A DNA stretch of 55,545 nt, from assembly GCA_043816765.1 (NCBI GenBank), contig JBDRHN010000065.1, positions 1 to 55,545 on the forward strand. Reading direction: 5' to 3'. Under the pieces are notes generated by a model. The model was given only the letters and a program-made list of their open reading frames with translations. It did no database searches and was not told the origin of the DNA. Source of the stretch: a bacterium (GTDB taxonomy: Bacteria > Patescibacteriota > Patescibacteriia > JBDRHN01). Position numbers and translations under genes: made by a program. Every line of letters begins with the position of its first letter. The first letter of the stretch is position 1. This document shows positions 1-8,617 of the stretch, in pieces.

Positions 1-491
1 ATACTGTTATTATATCACATTCTTAGCTAGAATTACAGTAAAAAAAGTGGATAACCCGCATCAAAAATATTCATAATTTTTATCTAAATTTTCTGATTTT
101 TATTAAATTGTCAAAGGGCTTTTTAGACAGCCTGCGAAGCATTAAATTTAAAAATATATCATTTTAAGTGAAACGAAAAATTATATATTTTTAAATTTAA
201 TGCGAAGTGGAGGAATCCCTTTTAAGACGAGAAGGACATATTAAAATTACAAAAATTTTTAAAATTATATTAAACTTGAAATAGCATATTAAAAATTCAA
301 TCGATAAAATAGATTAGCTTTAACATCAAGGGATTCCTCCGCTTCGCAAAAACTTTGAGCAAATTTTATGTCTGCGACAAAAATTTACTATCAAAGTTTT
401 TGCTTCGGTCGGAATGACAATGTTTAAGCGCGAAAATATTAAAATGTATCATTTTGTCAACAAATTATCTAGTATATACAGGAATGACAGG

Positions 492-1115
492 CTAAGTGGT
501 TGCAAAAACCCTTTTAAAACATCGCTTTTCTTCATCTTTAATATGAGGATTCTGTATTAAAATAGCCTCAGAATCTAAAATTTTTCCAATTTGTACTAAA
601 TTATTTTCTTTAAGCGTCCTGCCTGTTTGCGTAATATCACATATAGCATCAGCTAAATTCAATGATGTGGTAATTTCAACCGAGCCGCGAATCTCAATCA
701 CACAGGCGTTAATATTATTTAGTTTAAGAAATTTTTTTAAACTATTGGGATAAGATGTGGCAATACGTTCCCCCTCAAGATCGGCAAGGCTTTTAATGTC
801 GGAGTTTTGCGGCGCGGCTATAACTAATGAACACTGTCCAAATCCTAATTTTTTAATAACTTCAACCTCAGCTTTGTGTTCAAATAATAAATTTTCGCCA
901 ATAATGCCAAAATCAGCAACTCCCTCGTGTATGTATTGAGGAATATCAATGTGCCTCACGCATAAAATTTCAATATCAGAATTTTCGCAAGGAATGATTA
1001 AAGTTCTGCCGTTGTTTGGATTAAACTTCAGCCCATTTGTTTCAAAAAAACGAAAACTTGGCTCCCGCAGTTTTCCCTTGTTTTGTATTGCGATTTTGAA
1101 TTTATTTGCTTTCAT
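492..1115 (-). CDS. hisG: ATP phosphoribosyltransferase, short HisG(S) form without the C-terminal regulatory domain
   Basis: 207-aa ORF with HisG-like segments KIAIQNKGKL, GFGQCSLVIAAP, ATSYPN and TGRTLKEN. The length fits the short form. Confidence 0.8.
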   Translation of the reverse strand: MKANKFKIAIQNKGKLREPSFRFFETNGLKFNPNNGRTLIIPCENSDIEILCVRHIDIPQYIHEGVADFGIIGENLLFEHKAEVEVIKKLGFGQCSLVIAAPQNSDIKSLADLEGERIATSYPNSLKKFLKLNNINACVIEIRGSVEITTSLNLADAICDITQTGRTLKENNLVQIGKILDSEAILIQNPHIKDEEKRCFKRVFATT

Positions 1116-1175
1116 AGTAACCTCAGAGTTTGAGTAAAAATAATTTGCCCAATTTCGCTCATATTCACGCCATCT

Positions 1176-1229
1176 TTGTATAAAAAAATTTTCAAAATAA
1201 CTTGTTATTCTTCAAATTTTTTTATACAA
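1176..1229. repeat. AT-only 54-nt near-perfect palindrome in the hisS-hisG spacer
   Basis: TTGTATAAAAAAATTT (1176-1191) pairs with AAATTTTTTTATACAA (1214-1229). The inner AATAAC/GTTATT also pair. Confidence 0.7.
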
Positions 1230-1261
1230 ATCTGACGCAAATCTGAACGAAATTGAACAAG

Positions 1262-2548
1262 TTATTTTTTCTCAAACCCTGATAAATAAGAAGTTAATTG
1301 CTTGCGGGGTATTGTTTTTTGTTTCCCGCTTTCCATAGTTTTTATTGTAATAGTGTTGCTCTCTCTTTCTTGCGAGCCAGAGATAACAACAAACTGAATT
1401 TTCTTTTTATCGGCATATTTTAATTGTTTGGCGAGTTTTGCCGGTTCAAAATAAATTTCGCTGTTAATCCCCTTGTCAAGCAAATCGCTATAAATATTTA
1501 ACGCGTCATCTGTTGAATTTTCATCAAATAATGTTACCAACACCTGAGAATTTAATCGCGTATTTTTAAATATTCCCATCTCTTCAAGCAGAATCATAAT
1601 CCGTTCAAATCCGAATGAGACACCCACTCCTGATAAATCTTTTGCTCCAAATAGCGAGCATAAATCATCATAACGTCCGCCAGCGCAAATTGTGCCAAAG
1701 TCAGCTTGTTTGCTCACAACTTCATAAATAATGCCGGTATAATAATCAAGTCCGCGCGCAAGCGATGGGTCAAACTGCAAATATTTTTCTGACACTGATA
1801 ATTCATTAGAATATTTCAAAAAAGTTTTTATCTCTTCTGTGTCGTATTGCTCTAATTTTTCCAAAGTTTCTTTGTTTGATTCTGCGGGCTTAAGTAATGC
1901 AAGCATCTTGTCCGCATCTTTTACTTCCAAAGCTTCTATCTCTTTTTCAACAGCCTGTTCTCCAATCTTTTCCAACTTGTCAACACTGCGGATTACATCA
2001 ATATGTTTTTTTTGTGGTACGTTAAACATATCCAATACCGCATTAATCAAACGCCGTGAATTGACTTTGATTTTAAAATCTTTTACATCCAAACTTTTAA
2101 AAACCTCAATAATAACCCGCGCTATTTCCGCTTCGCAAATTAAACTTTTTGAACCGACAATATCAATATCGCATTGATAAAATTCGCGCAATCTCCCTTT
2201 TTGCGGTTTCTCGGCACGCCATACTCGTTGAATTTGATATCGCTTAAACGGCATTGGCAGTTCGCTCCAATTAGAAGCGACAAAACGGGCAAGCGGAACT
2301 GTTAAATCATACGGCAATGCTATATGCCGTCCGCCATTATCTTCAAAGCTGTAAGTGAGCCTCTCACCCTCGTCTCCATATTTACCCAAAATGGTTTCAG
2401 CCGGACAGATAATCGGGGTAGAGATGGCATTATATCCGCAACGATCAAAAATGCTTTTGATTTTATCCATTGCTATATTTCGTTTAATCATATCTAAAGG
2501 TAAAAAATCTCTTGTCCCTTTAAGAATTTTTGGTTCTATTGTTTTCAT
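1262..2548 (-). CDS. hisS: histidine--tRNA ligase (eukaryote/archaeal-like LxYDLTVP type)
   Basis: 428 aa. Class II motif 2 FKRYQIQRVWRAEKPQKGRLREFYQCD, histidine-binding boxes ARGLDYYTG and AGGRYDDL, and a C-terminal anticodon-binding domain. Confidence 0.9.
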   Translation of the reverse strand: MKTIEPKILKGTRDFLPLDMIKRNIAMDKIKSIFDRCGYNAISTPIICPAETILGKYGDEGERLTYSFEDNGGRHIALPYDLTVPLARFVASNWSELPMPFKRYQIQRVWRAEKPQKGRLREFYQCDIDIVGSKSLICEAEIARVIIEVFKSLDVKDFKIKVNSRRLINAVLDMFNVPQKKHIDVIRSVDKLEKIGEQAVEKEIEALEVKDADKMLALLKPAESNKETLEKLEQYDTEEIKTFLKYSNELSVSEKYLQFDPSLARGLDYYTGIIYEVVSKQADFGTICAGGRYDDLCSLFGAKDLSGVGVSFGFERIMILLEEMGIFKNTRLNSQVLVTLFDENSTDDALNIYSDLLDKGINSEIYFEPAKLAKQLKYADKKKIQFVVISGSQERESNTITIKTMESGKQKTIPRKQLTSYLSGFEKK

Positions 2549-2586
2549 ATTGCTTTATTATGATAAAGTATTAAAAATAAAAAAAA

Positions 2587-2886
2587 TTATCTTTTTTTGT
2601 TCATCCTTTCTGTCATTATTTTATAGCCTCCCATGCCATGTTTCAGCCATTTGGAAATTCTGGCAACCGTTGTTGAGCTAAGCCCGGTTTCTTTTTCTAT
2701 CTTTATATAAGTCTCGCCGTCCACAAGCATCTTAACCGCCTTCCATCTGTTGCCAAATTCTATCAGTTCTGTTTTTGTCAACAAGTCGCGAAAAAATTTT
2801 TTAGCTTCGCTGGTATTTTTTAAGGTTAAAATAGCTTCAAGCAATTCTTTTGTGTTTTGGTTGTCCCAATTGTTCGTATTATTCAT
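2587..2886 (-). CDS. TrpR-related YerC/YecD family DNA-binding protein
   Basis: 99 aa. Contains LTKTELIEFGNRW and the helix-turn-helix ETGLSSTTVARISKWLKHG typical of YerC/YecD. Confidence 0.7.
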   Translation of the reverse strand: MNNTNNWDNQNTKELLEAILTLKNTSEAKKFFRDLLTKTELIEFGNRWKAVKMLVDGETYIKIEKETGLSSTTVARISKWLKHGMGGYKIMTERMNKKR

Positions 2887-2998
2887 AATGTTGCTTTAAT
2901 TAAGTAAAGTATAGCGGATGTTTGTGGGTTTGTCAAGTATTTTTTTTACTCATGGTATGGTGTATACGAAAATTATTGAAAATATTAATATGGATAAG

Positions 2999-4045
2999 AG
3001 ACTTGTTGCGCAATAGCAAATATTCTCCAAAAATGTTAAAATTAGTGTAGGTTAATTCACTAAGCTTACATTAATATGATTAATATCAAATATGCGTTTA
3101 AGTCAAATAGAGTAATGAAAGCATTAACAGGCATGACCATTTATGAATTTAATAGCCTTCTTATTAGTTTCGAAAATATATTTGAAACTAATAAGAAGAT
3201 TATTAACAAGCAAAAGAAACGCAAAAGAAAAGAAGGGGCTGGTCTCAAACATACCTTGAATACGATTGAGAAAAAATTATTTTTCATTTTGTTTTGCGCA
3301 AAATGTTATCCAACATTAGATTTAGCAGGTTTTTATTTTGGTGTCGATCGCGCGCAACCTTTTAGGCGGGTAAATGTATTATTGCCAATTTTAGAAAAAA
3401 CACTTGGGCATGAGGTTGTGTTGCCAGATAGATTAATAAAGGACATTGAAGAATTTCAACAAAAATATCCTGAAATTAAAGATATTTTTATCGATGGCAC
3501 AGAGCGACCAATCCAAAGACCCAAAAATGGCAAAAGGCAGAAAAAAAATTATTCTGGCAAAAAGAAAACTCATACAAGAAAGAATATAGTTATTTCAGAT
3601 GAAAACAGAAAAATCATAGCATTAACACCAACCAAATCAGGAAAAACCCATGACAAAAAAATGTTAGACAAAAGTGGAATTACAAACAAAATACCTTCAA
3701 AAATTGCTCAATGGTTTGATACAGGATTTATTGGGGAAAATTCAAATATTATTATGATGCCCAAGAAAAAGCCGAAAGGTAAAATATTGTCATATGAAGA
3801 AAAACAAGAAAACAGAACTATTTCTGGAATTCGGATATTGTCAGAACATGCGATAAATGGACCCAAGAGGTTTAGAATTATTAGTGATAAATTTAGAAAA
3901 CAGTTAGCGACTTTGGATGATAAGTTTATGTTGATTACTTGCGGGCTTTGGAATTACCATTTAAGACTGGCAACGTAAAATTGTAAGGAGCTGGATTTGA
4001 TATATCAAATTTTTATTTTTAAGTTTGCTATTGCGCAACAAGTCT
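2999..4045 (+). mobile_element. Insertion sequence (about 1047 bp) with 22-nt perfect terminal inverted repeats and one transposase ORF
   Basis: AGACTTGTTGCGCAATAGCAAA at 2999-3020 and its exact reverse complement at 4024-4045 bracket ORF 3076..3978. No clear target-site duplication was seen. Confidence 0.85.
3076..3978 (+). CDS. DDE transposase, DDE_Tnp_4 (PIF/Harbinger-like, IS5-superfamily) type
   Basis: 300 aa with FIDGTERPIQRP, YSGKKKTHTRKN, GKTHDKK, WFDTGF and SGIRILSEHAI. The N-terminal region is HTH-like. Confidence 0.8.
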   Translation: MINIKYAFKSNRVMKALTGMTIYEFNSLLISFENIFETNKKIINKQKKRKRKEGAGLKHTLNTIEKKLFFILFCAKCYPTLDLAGFYFGVDRAQPFRRVNVLLPILEKTLGHEVVLPDRLIKDIEEFQQKYPEIKDIFIDGTERPIQRPKNGKRQKKNYSGKKKTHTRKNIVISDENRKIIALTPTKSGKTHDKKMLDKSGITNKIPSKIAQWFDTGFIGENSNIIMMPKKKPKGKILSYEEKQENRTISGIRILSEHAINGPKRFRIISDKFRKQLATLDDKFMLITCGLWNYHLRLAT

Positions 4046-4187
4046 ACTGAATCAGTTAACACTGTCCAGTTTAATTATGCCAATAAATTAGCAAATATAG
4101 AAACAAAATCAACCTCATCCAATTAAAATAACAAACATTCAAAAAATACAAAATGACTTTAAAAAACTCAAATTCAAATTAAAAACT

Positions 4188-4622
4188 CTACTTAAATCCG
4201 TATTCCATATACGTTTCACCAAGCATTTTAGCCTTCAATGCGGCTGCAACATGCAACACTGTATTTTTTGGCAACTTGTCTATCTCAAACCATTCAACGC
4301 CAGCGCATTTTTCAGACTCTAAATTTTTTAAATCACCATTCCATTTATAACAAACAAAGAAAAAATATAATCGTTCTCCTCTTTCGTCTTGATGGTGCAT
4401 AACCAAAGGCTCACCAATATTGTTTATATCTACCTCGGCATTAACTTCTTCTTTGGATTCTCGCACAGTTGCTTTTTTTACTGATTCTCCAGCATCAAGC
4501 CTGCCCGCAGGGACAGACCACTCTCCGTCTTTAAAACCAGTACCCGCCCGTTGCATTAAAAATACTTTTTCATCTTTTATCAAAAAAAGATGAACTGCTA
4601 TTGGTAATATTGCATGACTCAT
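4188..4622 (-). CDS. NUDIX hydrolase
   Basis: Nudix box GRLDAGESVKKATVRESKEEVN (GX5EX7REUXEEXGU). Confidence 0.85.
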   Translation of the reverse strand: MSHAILPIAVHLFLIKDEKVFLMQRAGTGFKDGEWSVPAGRLDAGESVKKATVRESKEEVNAEVDINNIGEPLVMHHQDERGERLYFFFVCYKWNGDLKNLESEKCAGVEWFEIDKLPKNTVLHVAAALKAKMLGETYMEYGFK

Positions 4623-4736
4623 AATTAGTTATTGTGTAAAAACTCGTTTTTAACGTAAAATTAAGTTTGGGGCTTTGCTAATGTTAGCATCATTACGCAG
4701 AACTACGCAGAATTTGAAATTAATTTTATTCTAATT

Positions 4737-7664
4737 TCACCTTCCACAACACTTCTTATACTTCTTGCCACTCCCACAAGGACACTCATCATTGCGCCCA
4801 ACCTTCTCCCCAGACTCATTGCGGACTTTTTTACTAATAATAGGCTGGTCGTTTTCAGCTGAACCTTGATCATCCATCGGACTTCCGCCGGAGTTTGAAG
4901 ATCTTATGCTTTGCGTCATACTTTTCATCATAGAAGAAAGTTTGCTCGCGACCTTTTCCGGCGCAGAAAGATTTATATTTTGACGTTGCAATAAACTTGC
5001 GGTTTCTCTTTGGACAATGCCAACTTTATAAATACTATAAACAATCTGCCTTTGAATATTATTTTGCAACTCATTAAAAAGTATATAACCCTCTTTTTTG
5101 TATTCCACCAAAGGATCTCTCTGCCCATAGCCTTGCAAACCGATTCCAACACGCAAATGCTGCATATTATCCAGATGCTCAACCCAGAATTGATCAATGG
5201 TTCTAAGCGCCATACCTCTTTCTATGTCACGCAAATCACCCCCGCCTTCTTTAATATTTTGTTCTAATTTTTGATACGCTTTTTTTGCCAAATCAACAAG
5301 ATAATTAATAATCTCGGTTCTGGCTTGAGCGTCTTGCGCTCTGTCCCCTGCTTTTAATTTTATCTCTTTCATTTCAACTCTGTCTTTTTCGTCAATAGAA
5401 AAAATCGTATGGACAACTTCATAAATCTCATTAATATTCCAGCTGTTTTCGTCTTCAACGGCAGTATGAAAAGAAACAACCTGCTCAATTTCACTCTCAA
5501 TCATCGCCAGCATTATATCTTTGCTTTTATCGCTTTTTTCCAAAACTTCGTTTCGCTTGCGATAAATCGTCTCGCGATGTTTGTTCATAACATCGTCATA
5601 CTCAACCAATCTTTTTCGCGTGTCAAAATTGTGCCCCTCCACCTTTTTCTGCGCCGATTCAATAGAACTGCTGATGAGTTTATTCTCAATAGGCATATCA
5701 TCGGGAACGCCGAGCTTTTCCATGACATTTTTCATTCTGTCTGACCCAAAAATACGCATAAGATCATCTTCCATACAGACATAAAACTGCGATGAACCGG
5801 GATCTCCTTGCCGTCCGCTGCGTCCGCGCAACTGATTATCTATACGACGCGCCTCATGCCTCTCGCTCCCAATAATACACAACCCCCCAAGCTCTTTAAT
5901 CTTTGCCTGCTCCTCTAAATATTTACTATATTCATCATCATCCTTACTTTCAACTTTCAACTTTTGACTTTCAACTTCGTTCTGACTTTTGACTTTTGAC
6001 TTTTGACTTTTGACTTGCGGCGGATCGCCGCCAAGTTTAATATCAACTCCGCGTCCAGCCATATTGGTAGCCAAAGTCACAGCGCCGATTTTACCAGCCT
6101 GAGAAACAATTTGCGCTTCTTTCAAATGGTGCTTTGCGTTCAACAACTGATGCGGCACGCCGTTTTTCTCAAGCAAACGGCTAAGTATCTCATTTTTTTC
6201 AATGGAAATCGTACCTATTAAAACAGGTTGCCCCTTTTCATGGCGGCGTTTTACTTCATCGACAATCGCCTGAAATTTTCCGCTTTCATTTTTATAAATT
6301 AAATCATGTTTATCTTGTCTGACGACGGGTTGATTTGTCGGAACAGCAACAACAACCAAACCGTAAATTTTATAAAACTCTTCAGACTCAGTAAGCGCCG
6401 TTCCTGTCATTCCTGATAATTTTTTATATATTCTAAATAAATTCTGAAAAGAAATAGTGGCGAGTGTCTGCGACTCCTGTTTTATTTCAACGTCTTCGCC
6501 TCGTATATGCTCTTTTGCCTCAATCGCCTGATGAATACCTTCAGAATACCTGCGGCCAGGCATCATTCTTCCTGTAAACTCGTCAATGATAATCACCTCG
6601 CCGTCTTTGGCAATATAATCTTTATCTTTTGTAAATAAAGCCTTTGCCTTAAGCGCTGATTCTAAATGAAAAATAGTTTTAATGTCATTCTCTTTCCATG
6701 GATCTCTTCCCAATATTTTAGAAATATTCTCAACCCCCCTATCTGTAAAAGTCGCCGAATGCATTTTTTCGTCTTTATTGTAATCCCCCATATTAGGATC
6801 ATTTTCATCAATCTCTTGAGCTTGATAAAACGGACTTACGGTTTTTTTCTTTTCAGTCGTATCCTCTTTAAAATTTTCTACCAATTTCGCGTATTGATAA
6901 TACATTTCCGAAGAATCTTCCGACGGAGCTGAAATAATCAAAGGGGTTCTCGCCTCATCTATTAAAATAGAGTCAACCTCGTCAACAATGGCGTAATTAA
7001 ACGGCCGTTGAACCTTCTGTTCCGGAAGAGCAACCATATTATCGCGCAAATAATCAAAACCAAACTCGTTATTTGTTCCGTAAGTAATATCAACATCATA
7101 CGCCTCTTTGCGCGAGATTGGACGCAAATGAGCCAGTCTCAAGTCTTCCTGATTTTCATCATTATATTCAGGATCATAAATAAAAGCCTGCTCGTGTATA
7201 ATACAGCTTGTGCTCACGCCCAACAAATGATTGGCAGCCCCATTCCATCCCGCATCGCGCCTCGCCAAATAGTCGTTCACCGTAATCAAATGAGCTCCTT
7301 TTCCGCTCAAACTATTCAAATACAAAGACAAAGCCGCCACGTGCGTTTTACCCTCGCCTGTTTTCATTTCAGCAATCTGACCTTTATGCAAAACAATTCC
7401 TCCGACCAACTGCACATCATAATGCCGAACATTTATCGCTCTTTTGCTCGCCTCTCTCACAAGCGCAAAAGCTCTCGGCAAAATGTCGTCCAATGTTTTT
7501 CCTATTTTTAATTCCTCTTTTAATTTACCCGTTTCCAGCTTTAATTCGTCATTAGATAATTTAGATATCCCCTCCTCCAAACCATTAATTTCCGCGGCAA
7601 TAGGCTCTATTTTTTTCAACTCTTTTTTATTGGGATCGCCAAAAACCTTTTTATATATAGACAT
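4737..7664 (-). CDS. secA: preprotein translocase ATPase SecA
   Basis: 975 aa with [57 protein letters not shown] and the C-terminal zinc motif [14 protein letters not shown]. Confidence 0.97.
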   Translation of the reverse strand: MSIYKKVFGDPNKKELKKIEPIAAEINGLEEGISKLSNDELKLETGKLKEELKIGKTLDDILPRAFALVREASKRAINVRHYDVQLVGGIVLHKGQIAEMKTGEGKTHVAALSLYLNSLSGKGAHLITVNDYLARRDAGWNGAANHLLGVSTSCIIHEQAFIYDPEYNDENQEDLRLAHLRPISRKEAYDVDITYGTNNEFGFDYLRDNMVALPEQKVQRPFNYAIVDEVDSILIDEARTPLIISAPSEDSSEMYYQYAKLVENFKEDTTEKKKTVSPFYQAQEIDENDPNMGDYNKDEKMHSATFTDRGVENISKILGRDPWKENDIKTIFHLESALKAKALFTKDKDYIAKDGEVIIIDEFTGRMMPGRRYSEGIHQAIEAKEHIRGEDVEIKQESQTLATISFQNLFRIYKKLSGMTGTALTESEEFYKIYGLVVVAVPTNQPVVRQDKHDLIYKNESGKFQAIVDEVKRRHEKGQPVLIGTISIEKNEILSRLLEKNGVPHQLLNAKHHLKEAQIVSQAGKIGAVTLATNMAGRGVDIKLGGDPPQVKSQKSKVKSQNEVESQKLKVESKDDDEYSKYLEEQAKIKELGGLCIIGSERHEARRIDNQLRGRSGRQGDPGSSQFYVCMEDDLMRIFGSDRMKNVMEKLGVPDDMPIENKLISSSIESAQKKVEGHNFDTRKRLVEYDDVMNKHRETIYRKRNEVLEKSDKSKDIMLAMIESEIEQVVSFHTAVEDENSWNINEIYEVVHTIFSIDEKDRVEMKEIKLKAGDRAQDAQARTEIINYLVDLAKKAYQKLEQNIKEGGGDLRDIERGMALRTIDQFWVEHLDNMQHLRVGIGLQGYGQRDPLVEYKKEGYILFNELQNNIQRQIVYSIYKVGIVQRETASLLQRQNINLSAPEKVASKLSSMMKSMTQSIRSSNSGGSPMDDQGSAENDQPIISKKVRNESGEKVGRNDECPCGSGKKYKKCCGR
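5984..6017 (-). repeat. Tandem heptanucleotide GACTTTT x4.9 inside the secA coding sequence
   Basis: Units at 5984, 5991, 5998, 6005 and a partial one at 6012. On the gene strand they encode [12 protein letters not shown] in the variable insert after ...DIKLGG. Confidence 0.9.
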
Positions 7665-7746
7665 ATTTTTAGATATGATTTAATAATTACAGTAAAAGCA
7701 TTTTAACTCAAAAAATGGGAGTTGGCAAGAGAGCATATTTTAATAT

Positions 7747-7876
7747 TTCTAATTTCCAATTTTCAATTCTCAATTTTCAATAAATTGATCAATTTTACAA
7801 TTTCCAAACGGTTCTATTTTTTGAAAATTTAGTAATTGAAAATTGATTGAAAATTAGAAATTGAAAATTGAAAATT
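7747..7876. repeat. Long imperfect AT-rich hairpin built from AATTTTCA words (secA upstream spacer)
   Basis: The left arm CAATTTTCAATTCTCAATTTTCAAT is matched by the reverse complement of TTGAAAATTAGAAATTGAAAATTG on the right arm. Confidence 0.6.
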
Positions 7877-7902
7877 ATTTTTCTCGTCTCTATAAACTGC
7901 AA

Positions 7903-8364
7903 TCAATAATAATTCAACCCCTTCCCCCTCAACTCCCTCTTTATCTCCTTATAGTCCGAAATAAACTTCCCCACCAACGCCCAAAACCGAGAAGAATGAT
8001 TAAACTCTTTGAGGTGGCACAACTCATGAACAATAATATAATCCGCCGCGCGAGGAGGAAGCGTTAAAATTTTATAATTAAAACTCAAATTGCCATTCTT
8101 TGAACAGCTCCCCCACCTCGTCTTTTGATTTCTAATATTTATTTTACTAAATTTAAAATCCCGAGTCGCATTCCAAAACTCAATTCTTGTTTTTACAAAT
8201 TTATAAGCATCCCCCCTGCTTTTTAAAAAATCTTTATGCGAACTTTTTGGTAAATCGTTTTTAAAATCTTTAAAATGCTCCAACTTTGAAAGAATCCAAT
8301 CTGCTTTTTTAATTATAAAATTTTCAACTTTTTTCTCGCTTACCCGCGCAGGTTTAGTCGCCAC
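7903..8364 (-). CDS. YgjP/DUF45 (M48-like, HExxH) metal-dependent hydrolase; the ORF as listed lacks its N-terminal ~35 codons
   Basis: RWGSCS...IIVHELCHLKEFNHS. In-frame upstream codons read ITINNKDIEYILQTSKKAKNIRLSIYPDRGLV (the typical family N-terminus), but the ATG at 8470 is out of frame across an A11 run. Confidence 0.75.
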   Translation of the reverse strand: MATKPARVSEKKVENFIIKKADWILSKLEHFKDFKNDLPKSSHKDFLKSRGDAYKFVKTRIEFWNATRDFKFSKINIRNQKTRWGSCSKNGNLSFNYKILTLPPRAADYIIVHELCHLKEFNHSSRFWALVGKFISDYKEIKRELRGKGLNYY

Positions 8365-8478
8365 CAGTCCGCGGTCAGGATAAATAGAAAGACGAATATT
8401 CTTCGCCTTCTTGCTTGTTTGTAAAATATATTCAATGTCTTTATTATTTATTGTAATTTTTTTTTTTCATAAAATAAT

Positions 8479-8611
8479 TAGACACAGATTAACACTGACC
8501 CTTCGGGCGCAGAAAAACACAGATTTTAAATAAGCTTTAAGAAGCTATTGTAAAACAAAAAACAATATCTGTATTAATCTGTGCTTTAGTCTGTGTTCAT
8601 CTGTGTCCTAT
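8479..8611. repeat. Word hairpin (CACAGAT / ATCTGTG words)
   Basis: TAGACACAGATTAACAC (about 8479-8495) pairs with GTGTTCATCTGTGTCCTA (about 8594-8611). Further CACAGAT/ATCTGTG copies lie inside. Confidence 0.6.
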
Positions 8612-8617
8612 ATTTAA

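Noticed and set aside
1116-1261. T-box or histidine attenuator in the hisS-hisG spacer.
   Set aside because: The spacer is only 146 nt. It has no T-box consensus, no His-codon leader peptide and no GC-containing antiterminator, only an AT-only palindrome.
1262-2548. That the HisRS-like gene next to short hisG is the regulatory paralogue HisZ.
   Set aside because: Motif 2 and both histidine-binding boxes (ARGLDYYTG, AGGRYDDL) and the anticodon-binding domain are intact, so it is called hisS. A dual role remains a hypothesis only.
7008-7511. Plus-strand ORFs inside secA (for example 7008..7511, 167 aa). The same applies to the many 60-130-aa ORFs antisense to or out of frame with the large genes, such as 1839..2177, 9005..9403, 33350..33667, 39642..40031 and 51116..51514.
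   Set aside because: These are shadow ORFs of confidently assigned genes. They have low-complexity composition and no recognisable motifs.
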